The translations under genes were made by a program, and so were the position numbers. From the IMG/VR virus record IMGVR_UViG_3300029543_000199: a stretch of 64,000 nt of DNA. One strand, written 5' to 3'. Shown in pieces: positions 27,515-36,217 of the stretch (its first letter is position 1; each line of letters begins with the position of its first letter). The notes under the pieces are model-generated. The model saw nothing but the letters and a program-made list of their open reading frames with translations, made no database searches and was not told where the DNA came from. Origin of the DNA: a virus (Duplodnaviria > Heunggongvirae > Uroviricota > Caudoviricetes).

Positions 27515-27925
27515 ATGAAACTTATTATAGTTTCTGGACAAGAAGGGACAGATGTAGAATCACTGTTTGAGAAAGTTATATCTGAAAACGGATATGTGTA
27601 TCAATATGCTCCTAAAATGGTATTTCCAGAAAATTCGATGCTTTTACGACATCCGAGAGCTTTATATAATAATGTAAGAAAAGTTGTAAGGAAACATATA
27701 GAGAATGGTCAGGATTTGTTTGTTCTGACATTTTCTGATTATGCAATGTATGGTATCAGAGTAGAAATCAAGAAGAATGATTTTGAAGGGGCAATAGTAC
27801 ATCAATTAAAGAATGATGGAGAGGATATTATATCAGAAATGAATCCAGAGACGGCAAAATATGAATACGTTGATGGAATTTTTGATACTATAGACAAAGC
27901 TCTTAATGAACTACTTTGGGGATAA
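27515..27925 (+). CDS. Hypothetical protein
   Basis: 136-aa ORF, RBS AGGAGGAAGGTATG. Confidence 0.5.
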   Translation: MKLIIVSGQEGTDVESLFEKVISENGYVYQYAPKMVFPENSMLLRHPRALYNNVRKVVRKHIENGQDLFVLTFSDYAMYGIRVEIKKNDFEGAIVHQLKNDGEDIISEMNPETAKYEYVDGIFDTIDKALNELLWG

Positions 27926-27952
27926 GGTATTACTGCACATAGTGCATTAGTA

Positions 27953-28213
27953 TACTCACAATGAAAATGGATTGTTTTTAGCGAAAGTATTTACTACGAC
28001 AGCAATACATATTTACAATCACTCCTGCTGTTAGCGAGAGTTCGACAATGGTTCTTGCATCTCAAAACTTTGTACGTTTTCAAAATAAGATCATTTAACT
28101 GCGTTAAAGATCAAATTTTGAAAACGTACAGTTTTTCGATGGCACTTCCAGCATATGCTAATCTCTTAATTCGGACAACACGAACCAGAGATTACGCATA
28201 CGGATTGTGAGTA
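27953..28213 (+). ncRNA. Retron-like element R3
   Basis: Inverted repeats TACTCACAAT (27953-27962) / ATTGTGAGTA (28204-28213), 10/10. Two core-like blocks: TTTAGCGAAAGTATTTAC and CTGCTGTTAGCGAGAGTTCGACAATGG. Confidence 0.35.
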
Positions 28214-28234
28214 AAAAAGGAGGAATTTAATAAA

Positions 28235-29356
28235 ATGAAAGCAATTAACCGTGGTGACAACACATACGATATTTTTGATGACACAATGCAGGTGTTTGAA
28301 AAGTTGCCTGCTCAGCCATATATCGTCAGATTTTCAGAAATCAGAGGCTTCTTTTTGGAGAAATATAATGATATGGAAATCAAGGAGCCAAAAGTTTATG
28401 GTGTACATACAGAAAAAGTAAACAAAGTAATGAATATGTTTGAAAGGCAGGATAGAAATCTCGGAGTCATCCTTAGCGGAGACAAAGGAATCGGAAAATC
28501 TCTGTTTGCAAAGATGCTGTCGAACGCTGCGATTGAAAGAGGTATTCCAATGATTGTAGTTGACAGATATATTCCTGGCATCGCTTCTTATATAGAAGAT
28601 ATTGAACAGGAAATCATGGTTCTGTTTGATGAATTCGATAAAACATTCGGAGAGGTTAAGTCAAAGGCAGGAGAAGCGTCGCCACAAACAAATCTATTAT
28701 CTTTATTTGACGGGTTATCGTCAGGAAAGAAACTGTTTGTCGTGACTTGCAATGAGCTGTATAAACTGAATGAGTATCTGATTAACAGACCGGGGCGGTT
28801 CCATTATCATTTTAGATTTGAGTATCCGTCCGCAAATGAGATCCGAGAATATCTGACAGATAAATTGCAGCAAGAATACCAGAAAGAAATTGATAATGTT
28901 ATTTCTTTCTCAAATAAAATCAGCTTAAACTATGACTGCTTGCGCGCTATCGCAACTGAGCTGAATACCGGATTGACATTCTGTGATGCGATTAAGGATC
29001 TGAATATCGTAAACACAGAGCAGCAGTCATATAACCTTATGCTGAGATTCAAGAATGGAGTCAGCTTCAAAGCGAAGGATATCAGTATGGATATGTTTGG
29101 TGACGATGATGATAAAAATGTGTATATGTACGATAATAAAGGTCGAAACAATGTAGACATTACGTTCAATCCTTGCAATGCAGTCTATGATACAGGAAAG
29201 TTCGCACATGTAATACCTGCTGATGCGATTAAAGTTGAATATTATTTTGGAGACAGTGAAGATGAAAAGGCTATGGAAACTGCATTAAAAGACGCAGGAG
29301 TGGAATGCCTTGTAATCAATAGAAAGGTATCAAGAAATATTCATTACAATGTTTAA
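28235..29356 (+). CDS. AAA+ ATPase
   Basis: Walker A GDKGIGKS; Walker B VLFDEFDK. Confidence 0.7.
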   Translation: MKAINRGDNTYDIFDDTMQVFEKLPAQPYIVRFSEIRGFFLEKYNDMEIKEPKVYGVHTEKVNKVMNMFERQDRNLGVILSGDKGIGKSLFAKMLSNAAIERGIPMIVVDRYIPGIASYIEDIEQEIMVLFDEFDKTFGEVKSKAGEASPQTNLLSLFDGLSSGKKLFVVTCNELYKLNEYLINRPGRFHYHFRFEYPSANEIREYLTDKLQQEYQKEIDNVISFSNKISLNYDCLRAIATELNTGLTFCDAIKDLNIVNTEQQSYNLMLRFKNGVSFKAKDISMDMFGDDDDKNVYMYDNKGRNNVDITFNPCNAVYDTGKFAHVIPADAIKVEYYFGDSEDEKAMETALKDAGVECLVINRKVSRNIHYNV

Positions 29357-29367
29357 GGTGGTAAAAG

Positions 29368-30654
29368 ATGGGGTATAAAGATATCTATAAGTTGCAATCC
29401 ATTACTGGTGCAAATGCAAAGTGCGAGTTCATTAAAGCACATCGCGATGATACATACTTTAAAAGATTTCTATATTTTGCACTTAACCCAATGCTTACAT
29501 ACAACATATCGAAAAAATCAACAGATAAGCTGATGGCTGAAGAAAATTTCGACGGTCAAAAGCTTATCTTTTTTAATGACATTTTTGAATGTTGTGAGCA
29601 TTTGTCAAGGCTCAGAGGTATGGATGATGCAACATTAAGACAGGTAAAGATGCTTCTGAATGTGAAGTATCCGGAAAGGGATGAGAGAGATCTGTATATA
29701 CAGCTGCTTTCAAAGAAAGTTCGCCTTGGAATTGCAGCTAAGACGATCAATAAGATCATTCCGAATCTTATCCCGGAATGGGAAGTGCAGCAAGCTTATA
29801 CCGTTGAGAAGTATCCGTTGAAAGAAGGAACGGAATTCTGGCTTACACAAAAGCTTAATGGAGCAAGAGCAACTTTGTATGAGGGACAGCTGCTCGCAAG
29901 AAGCGGTATGCCGTATAAAGGACTGGAACATATAACTGATGCATTGTCGTGGTTGAGAGTTGCAGGGTTTGTTGCTGACGGAGAATTGACACTGAAAGAT
30001 AAAGGCGACCTGAGTGACAATGAAGCATTCAGAGTTTCTACTGGAATATTGAACTCCGATAATGTTAATAAAACGGTGATTTGCTATACGATTTTTGACA
30101 TGGTTCCGGTAAAAGATTTCGATGCATTAAAGCCGCAGGTCACATACAGATATCGCAGGGATATTCTTAATCAGTTTGCAGAGAGAATTGCAGACACAGA
30201 TGGTGCTGTAAAGGTTCTCCCAGTTCTATATCATGGCACAGATCAGTCCAAAATCGAAGAGTTATTAGAACAGATGGTTCGAGAAGACAAGGAAGGATTG
30301 ATGATTAACACAGATGCTCCATACCGAAGAACAAGGCATAAAGGAATTCTGAAAGTAAAGAGATTCTACACGATGGATTTACCGATTATCCGTTGTGAGG
30401 AAGGAACTGGTAGATTATCCGGTACATTAGGAGCGTTTGTTCTGAAGTACAAAGAGAACGAGGTAAAAGTAGGATCGGGATTCACAGACGAGCAGAGAGA
30501 GCAGTTCTGGAATAACCGTGATGATATGGAAGGATTACTTTGCGAAGTGAAGTACAAAGAAATATCTCAGGACAAGGGAACTGGGCTTGAAAGTTTACAG
30601 TTCCCGGTATTTGTCGGAATCAGAACAGATAAAACAGAAGTGAGCTACAGTTAG
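29368..30654 (+). CDS. Nucleotidyltransferase of the ATP-dependent DNA/RNA ligase superfamily
   Basis: Motif I KLNGAR (Asn where Asp is usual), III FVADGELTL, IV EGLMIN, V ILKVK, OB-fold segment VKVGSGFTDEQREQFW. Confidence 0.55.
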   Translation: MGYKDIYKLQSITGANAKCEFIKAHRDDTYFKRFLYFALNPMLTYNISKKSTDKLMAEENFDGQKLIFFNDIFECCEHLSRLRGMDDATLRQVKMLLNVKYPERDERDLYIQLLSKKVRLGIAAKTINKIIPNLIPEWEVQQAYTVEKYPLKEGTEFWLTQKLNGARATLYEGQLLARSGMPYKGLEHITDALSWLRVAGFVADGELTLKDKGDLSDNEAFRVSTGILNSDNVNKTVICYTIFDMVPVKDFDALKPQVTYRYRRDILNQFAERIADTDGAVKVLPVLYHGTDQSKIEELLEQMVREDKEGLMINTDAPYRRTRHKGILKVKRFYTMDLPIIRCEEGTGRLSGTLGAFVLKYKENEVKVGSGFTDEQREQFWNNRDDMEGLLCEVKYKEISQDKGTGLESLQFPVFVGIRTDKTEVSYS

Positions 30655-30666
30655 GAGGTAAATTAC

Positions 30667-31122
30667 ATGTTATTGCATAAGCAAAAGTCGCTATATCATC
30701 TTAGCGATGATGAGAAGTCAGATTTAATGGATATGATCCTTGTTGCAATCAACGAAGTGACAAAGTTCAATCCGAATGAATCTGACGGTAGCCGGTATGA
30801 TTATGGTGTTGATTTCTCCAACATGCCACCAATCAATCCATATGTGGTATCTAATGTATTGCAGGATTTAGGGTACGAAGAGGGAGATGTAGACACTAAC
30901 GGCTGGGAGAATGATTATTGGCAGTCGTTTACTCATCCGGATAAAAAGAAATTTCCTCCAATGCAGATGAGCGGCACAAGTTGGATTCATGAATGTCACT
31001 TACACGGAGAAGAAGACGAGGATGCTTTATATCAGCACCTTGAAGATGATGAGGAATATGCAGATCGAATCAAACATGGCTTGGAGTTAATCGGAAAGGC
31101 AATGAATCGTGCAGACGGGTAG
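30667..31122 (+). CDS. Hypothetical protein
   Basis: 151-aa ORF. Confidence 0.5.
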   Translation: MLLHKQKSLYHLSDDEKSDLMDMILVAINEVTKFNPNESDGSRYDYGVDFSNMPPINPYVVSNVLQDLGYEEGDVDTNGWENDYWQSFTHPDKKKFPPMQMSGTSWIHECHLHGEEDEDALYQHLEDDEEYADRIKHGLELIGKAMNRADG

Positions 31123-31227
31123 TAAAGGACGAAAAGAGTACGCTGATAGAGTCATTAAAATTAAGTCTCCAAACAATGAAGCGTATACGAAAGCAGTAGA
31201 AGATATGGCAGAGCAAAAAAAAAGGAG

Positions 31228-31416
31228 GTGAGGTCTATGGTCGGCATTGTGATTTTTACCCTATTGGTATGCATAACAACTGCAACTTGCGTGCTCGGAT
31301 GTAAATATTTGGACAAGCAGGGTGATTTATCGTATGCAAAATTTAAGGAATTAAATCAAAAGCTCGATAATTTGGAAAAGATGTTAAGCGACAAAGGACA
31401 TGGAGGTAGGGGATAA
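31228..31416 (+). CDS. Small membrane protein
   Basis: 62 aa, TM helix IVIFTLLVCITTATCVLG, RBS AAAGGAGGTGAGGTCTATG. Confidence 0.45.
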   Translation: MRSMVGIVIFTLLVCITTATCVLGCKYLDKQGDLSYAKFKELNQKLDNLEKMLSDKGHGGRG

Positions 31417-31586
31417 TGAATCCAGTATTTTGGTTTTTGATAATTGTTGCTGCCTTTTGTTTATGGCTTGCGATTTCCTTCATCTTTATTCCTTTAGGAG
31501 GTATTCTCCTGAAAATGATGAAGAGAATTTTTAATATTATCAATTATGAGGAAAAAGAATCAGAGTCAAAGGAGAAAGAAGAATGA
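31416..31586 (+). CDS. Small membrane protein (56 aa), below the ORF-track cut-off
   Basis: ATG overlaps the upstream stop (GGATAATGA); MNPVFWFLIIVAAFCLWLAISFIFIPLGGILLKMMKRIFNIINYEEKESESKEKEE; its stop overlaps the next start (ATGA). Confidence 0.4.
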   Translation: MNPVFWFLIIVAAFCLWLAISFIFIPLGGILLKMMKRIFNIINYEEKESESKEKEE

Positions 31587-32455
31587 AGAAAAAAGGTTTA
31601 ATCGGAGCTATTGTTACAGCTATCGTTATGATTACGGTGGTTGTAGGAGTAATTATGTGCGTTGAAAAGATTCCGGTTGGATATGAGGGTGTTGTGTACA
31701 ACATCAACGGCGGCGTATCCGGTGAGACTCTCAGCACAGGCTGGAACATAGTATCTCCGACTAAGAAAGTAAAGAATTTCACGATCAGTAATGAGCAAAT
31801 TATCCTGAGTAAAGATAGTCGCGAGGGCAGCGAAGGAGACGATTCATTCAAAGTGTCAACATCTGATGATGCTATGCTCGCAATTAGTTTCCAGATGTCT
31901 TACAGATTCAATCCGGATACACTCGTGGATACATATAAGAAGTTCAAAGGTATGGACGGAGAGGCTATTGTAAATAGCAGAGTAAAAACTGTTCTGAAGT
32001 CAAAGGTGTCTGAGGTTACAACAGACTATTCAATGATGGATATCTATTCCGGCAATCGTAGTGAAATCAACAATAAGATTACAGAATATTTGAATAATGC
32101 ATTTGAAAAGGAATATGGCATTCAGGTATTAGATGCAAGTATTATTGATGTTCATCCAGATGATAAGCTGAAAGAGTCGATTGACAACAGGGTAACGGCA
32201 TTACAACAGAAACAGCAGGCACAGGTTGAACAGGAGACTGCAAAAGTACAGGCTGAGACAGCACTTATTAAGGCGCAGAATGAAGCCGATATCAAAGTGA
32301 CTGCCGCAAAAGCAGAGGCTGAGGCGAATCAGTTAAAATCAGCAAGCCTTACACCGGAACTTATTCAGATGACAGAGGCAGAAGCTCGTCTGAAGCATGG
32401 ATGGGTTACGGTACAGGGAGCAGATGCAACGGTTGTAGATGCGAACGGTAAATAA
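31583..32455 (+). CDS. SPFH/Band-7 (stomatin/prohibitin/flotillin-like) membrane protein
   Basis: N-terminal TM; SPFH-like core ISFQMSYRFNP...IQVLDASIIDVHP followed by an Ala/Gln/Glu coiled coil. Confidence 0.65.
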   Translation: MKKKGLIGAIVTAIVMITVVVGVIMCVEKIPVGYEGVVYNINGGVSGETLSTGWNIVSPTKKVKNFTISNEQIILSKDSREGSEGDDSFKVSTSDDAMLAISFQMSYRFNPDTLVDTYKKFKGMDGEAIVNSRVKTVLKSKVSEVTTDYSMMDIYSGNRSEINNKITEYLNNAFEKEYGIQVLDASIIDVHPDDKLKESIDNRVTALQQKQQAQVEQETAKVQAETALIKAQNEADIKVTAAKAEAEANQLKSASLTPELIQMTEAEARLKHGWVTVQGADATVVDANGK

Positions 32456-32543
32456 TTAAAAAGAATATCGGCTACTATATATAGAAAATTTTCCTCAAGA
32501 AATCGCAAGTATTAGTAGCCGATAACTAAAGAGAGGTGGATTT

Positions 32544-32843
32544 ATGAATGATGCAATGAAATTTATATATCGGATTACCTCTGGAGGAGCAAATCATGGC
32601 GTGATCGAATCATTTTCTGGTCGAAACAGCTACTGGTTTGCTTCTATTTTATTCAGAAGATTTATTCGGAACAACGCAGCAATCATGTATGATCCAAAAA
32701 ATAATTGTTTCGGAACAAGAATTGGAGGGAAAGTATACGATGTGACTGGAGATGTCACGGAAAATCACAAATGGATTTCATGGGTAGAATACTCAAATAA
32801 GAAGTCCAAAGATCAAGTCACGAAAGAAGATATTATGTTTTAA
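32544..32843 (+). CDS. Hypothetical protein
   Basis: 99-aa ORF with RBS. Confidence 0.45.
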   Translation: MNDAMKFIYRITSGGANHGVIESFSGRNSYWFASILFRRFIRNNAAIMYDPKNNCFGTRIGGKVYDVTGDVTENHKWISWVEYSNKKSKDQVTKEDIMF

Positions 32844-32845
32844 AC

Positions 32846-33092
32846 CGTAATGATATTACTGCTTTGCAGTGCTTCTTGCCGTCGGCGGAAGTGACAACTT
32901 GATGAGGAAAATAACCGTCACCAAGCAGCTGGAAGACGCGGCAGCACGAGATGCTGAGCACGCCGTAAACCCAGAAATAATTTCAGGATATACATAACCC
33001 ACTGATAATCAATACCTCCATAAGAGGAGGAACCTGAAGATCAAAGATCTACTGGGCGTGATTACACGGGCTACCGTACATTAGATTACAGT
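32846..33092 (+). ncRNA. Retron-like element R4
   Basis: 5' block CCGTAATGATATTACTG...CTTCTTGCCGTCGGCGGAAGTGACAACTTGATGAGG (identical over 31 nt to R2b); 3' block ACATTAGATTACAG. Confidence 0.35.
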
Positions 33093-33287
33093 TTAAACAG
33101 GAAAGGAAGTGTTATGAAATGGCTGAAAACACCTGATTGTAATGACAACTGTTTGTAAGGCAGAACAAGATGATTAAGAAAGAAATTGATCGACTTGGAG
33201 ATGTTACAGATGAAGACATGGCTATGCACAGGGAATTTTATAAGCTTGGATGTGAATATCTGAATAAGTTGAAAGAGGATAGATAGG

Positions 33288-33458
33288 ATGAGCAAAGATA
33301 ATACATGTATTTTCTGCAATGAAGTGATACCCGAAGGAATGATGGTCTGCCCTGTATGCGAGGAGGCTTTAAGAAATATTCCGGCTGGAAGATATACAAA
33401 GGAATCTTTCCTTAAAAGATTGAAGAAAGAAGCAAGAAAATTGTTTCGGATAGCATGA
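33288..33458 (+). CDS. Small zinc-ribbon protein (56 aa), below the ORF-track cut-off
   Basis: MSKDNTCIFCNEVIPEGMMVCPVCEEALRNIPAGRY... Confidence 0.35.
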   Translation: MSKDNTCIFCNEVIPEGMMVCPVCEEALRNIPAGRYTKESFLKRLKKEARKLFRIA

Positions 33459-33874
33459 GAAATCGCCCGGTTGAGACAACATATCACGGCTGTGAGTAGC
33501 GGTCGGGTTCCAAGGTGGATATATAAACAAGTATGTTGTGGTTGGCATATATTTGTTTATATATTTGGGCGTAAAAGAAATAGAGGTTAAGTGGAAGTTG
33601 CACCACCGAAGCGAAACGATGAGCTTTTCAGCGATGCGTAAGGCGTAGCCTCAACGGACGGAGCGATTATTCCTTTTCTGGCTTCGTAAATACCTTGGTA
33701 GACTGAGACGGGAAACACTAACACCCCTGCTCCTATAAGTAGACTGAAAAGACTATCGGTAATGCACTTGAGGCATTATTGTGGTTGCAATATCGTCATG
33801 CGTAAAGGCAATGAGTGAGGTCTGGAGTGGAGTTACTTATGCAACCAACTAAGAAATATATGAGAGGTGAAAAC

Positions 33875-34588
33875 ATGAGAGTTTTACTGTTATTAAGAGG
33901 AAGCGCAGGATGTGGGAAATCCACATGGATTGAGCAGAACGGATTAAAACAGTATGCATTATCAGCAGATAATATTAGAATGATGTGCTCAAGTCCGCAG
34001 ATGATGCCGGACGGAACACACGCAATCAGTCAGGCAAATGACAATATTGTGTGGAAAACACTGTTCAATATCTTGGAGACAAGAATGAAGAATGGCGAGT
34101 TTACTGTGATTGATGCTACTAACTCTAAAACATCTGAAATGAATAGATATAAGAAGATGTGCGATGAGTACAGATACCGAATCTACTGCGTTGATATGAC
34201 GACTGTTCCAATCGAGGTAACAAAGGAAAGAAATCGAGGGCGACAGGAACTGAAAAGAGTGCCGGAAGAAGTAATCGATAAGATGTATGCAAGGTTCGAG
34301 ACACAGAAAATTCCGTCAGGCATTAAAGTTATTCAGCCAGATGAGTTAAACGCTGTTTTGGTGAAGTTAAATGATGAGATATCTCCATACTGCTTTTCTT
34401 TGATGTACTTATTTCTTCTAAGCTCAAGAATCCACTCTCCGACGGAATCCGCACCAGCAGCTACCTCTCCCGGTTCTCTAAATACTGTATTCTTTACCTC
34501 TACCGTATTGAAAGTACCGTCGTTATCGAGGATAACAGCTCTCAGGCTTCCACCAAACTCAACTCTTCCTTCAAGATTGAAGGCATGA
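33875..34588 (+). CDS. Polynucleotide kinase-like P-loop kinase. The 3' end is uncertain: the ORF runs 255 nt into the convergent phosphatase gene.
   Basis: Start at the internal ATG with RBS GAGAGGTGAAAACATG. Walker A LLLRGSAGCGKST; T4-Pnk-like kinase fold for ~170 residues. The last ~65 codons are low-complexity and look like antisense read-through. Confidence 0.55.
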   Translation: MRVLLLLRGSAGCGKSTWIEQNGLKQYALSADNIRMMCSSPQMMPDGTHAISQANDNIVWKTLFNILETRMKNGEFTVIDATNSKTSEMNRYKKMCDEYRYRIYCVDMTTVPIEVTKERNRGRQELKRVPEEVIDKMYARFETQKIPSGIKVIQPDELNAVLVKLNDEISPYCFSLMYLFLLSSRIHSPTESAPAATSPGSLNTVFFTSTVLKVPSLSRITALRLPPNSTLPSRLKA

Positions 34589-35187
34589 TTGTTGACTTTT
34601 ACCGGAAGTCCTTTTGTATTTCTATGACCATGAATCTGATAACAATTTTCATCCATCTTATCCTCGAATGTTGCATCTACCTGCTCAGCATCGTTGTATC
34701 TTCCAACACCCTTAATCATCTGACTGGTAGATACCATTGTGAGATTATCTGGAATCATACTTAACCCAGCATGTGTGGCAAGGACTGTCTTACCTCTGAA
34801 TTCGTAATAAGCGCACTGACCCATCCGTCTGTAAAGCTTCCTGATTGACTTCTTATCAATACCGGCTGCTTCGATTTCTGCTTTTGTATGGAATTCAAAC
34901 TCTTTAGATGCCGTCACTTTATCATGCGCCCAGTCCCATAACCACCGCTCATGATTACCCTCAAGAAGCAGCACATTCGGCTTATCATATGTTGAAAGCA
35001 AGAACTTCAAGACATCAGCGTTTTCAATTCCTCGATCTGTGTAATCACCACAGAAGATGTAGAATTCATCATCTTTAAAACCGCCATTCGCTTCAAAATA
35101 TGTATTCAATGCTGTATTACATCCATGAATATCTCCAATATGATGGATACGTTTGTACTGATCCAGATTGAATTTCTTCATAAACAC
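34333..35187 (-). CDS. Lambda-phosphatase-like (PPP family) metallophosphatase. Only minus-strand gene in the 53-kb plus-strand array.
   Basis: GDIHGC, GDYTDRG, GNHERW motifs. Confidence 0.75.
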   Translation of the reverse strand: MFMKKFNLDQYKRIHHIGDIHGCNTALNTYFEANGGFKDDEFYIFCGDYTDRGIENADVLKFLLSTYDKPNVLLLEGNHERWLWDWAHDKVTASKEFEFHTKAEIEAAGIDKKSIRKLYRRMGQCAYYEFRGKTVLATHAGLSMIPDNLTMVSTSQMIKGVGRYNDAEQVDATFEDKMDENCYQIHGHRNTKGLPVKVNNHAFNLEGRVEFGGSLRAVILDNDGTFNTVEVKNTVFREPGEVAAGADSVGEWILELRRNKYIKEKQYGDISSFNFTKTAFNSSG

Positions 35188-36088
35188 AGCGTTTTATGAC
35201 AAAATCTGGGACGAGCAGACAACAAAGGCAAGAGGATTATACATCAATATTCCGAAACAGAAGATTGTTGCCAGAGCTTATGATAAGTTCTTTAACATCA
35301 ATGAAAGACCAGAGACAGAATTAGACAAGCTGCAGGATAAGTTGGCATTCCCGGTAAGAGCATACGTCAAAGAGAATGGATATCTTGGAATCGTATCCAA
35401 TAATCCAGAAACAGGAAAGCTGTTTGTGACTACTAAATCAAACCCGGAAGGGTCATATGCTGAATGGTTTGCTGAAGCACTTCATACACAGCTTGGTGAC
35501 GATACTCTTGATAAGATCAATGCTTATTGTAAAGAGCACGATGTATCATTTGTATTTGAAAATGTAGACATGGAAAGAGACCCTCATATCATTAAGTATT
35601 CGGGAAGCAGAGTATTTCTGCTGGATATAGTATCGAATGATATGAAATTCCAGAAGCTTAGTTTTGAGGAGATGTGTACTGTTGCCGAATCTCTCAAAAT
35701 TCCTCATAAAGAATTAGGATACGAGATTGAAACATGGCAGGATTTCTTTGATTGGTACAACAGGGTAATGGATGAAGATTACAAGTACGGCGGAAGACGC
35801 ATCGAAGGATTCGTTATTGAAGATTCAAACGGGTACATGGTTAAGTTGAAACTGGCGTACTACAATTTCTGGAAATTCATGAGATCAATTTCGCATGAAG
35901 CTATTAAGAAAGGATATATTGACCCGAAAAGAACAGCTGCGTTGGTAACACCTCTTGCAAATCAGTTCTATGCATGGGTTAAAACACTTCATGATGTAGA
36001 GGATTTAGATAGTGTTCCGAGAAATATCTGCACATTGCGAGATATGTTTTACGAATCAGACTCCGGTAAGAAATTCAAAGATGAATAG
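35168..36088 (+). CDS. RNA-ligase-like nucleotidyltransferase (Rnl2 / Pnkp-ligase-like)
   Basis: Motif I YVKENGYLG (KxNG), IV EGFVIE, V MVKLK. Divergently overlaps the phosphatase start by 20 nt. Confidence 0.5.
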   Translation: MNFFINTAFYDKIWDEQTTKARGLYINIPKQKIVARAYDKFFNINERPETELDKLQDKLAFPVRAYVKENGYLGIVSNNPETGKLFVTTKSNPEGSYAEWFAEALHTQLGDDTLDKINAYCKEHDVSFVFENVDMERDPHIIKYSGSRVFLLDIVSNDMKFQKLSFEEMCTVAESLKIPHKELGYEIETWQDFFDWYNRVMDEDYKYGGRRIEGFVIEDSNGYMVKLKLAYYNFWKFMRSISHEAIKKGYIDPKRTAALVTPLANQFYAWVKTLHDVEDLDSVPRNICTLRDMFYESDSGKKFKDE

Positions 36089-36217
36089 GAGATGATGCCA
36101 TGACAACTCTAATTGTTGTTGAAATAGTGTGTTTCTGCGCTGGACTTATATCCGGCGTGGTAACAATGTGTCTTGTGAGTATTGACAGAGTAAACAAGAT
36201 GCAGAAAGGCGATACAT

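Noticed and set aside
23576-33115. Group I or group II self-splicing introns as explanation for the repeated noncoding elements
   Set aside because: Each element lies between complete genes (upstream gene ends with a stop and, for R1, an intrinsic terminator) rather than inside a reading frame. None carries an intron ORF. The RT has no maturase/X or endonuclease domain. No group I P7/P3 core or group II domain V motif was recognised.
33815-33874. ORF-track start of the kinase gene at 33815
   Set aside because: No RBS there. The ATG at 33875 is preceded by GAGAGGTGAAAAC and begins directly before the Walker A loop, so the shorter form was preferred.
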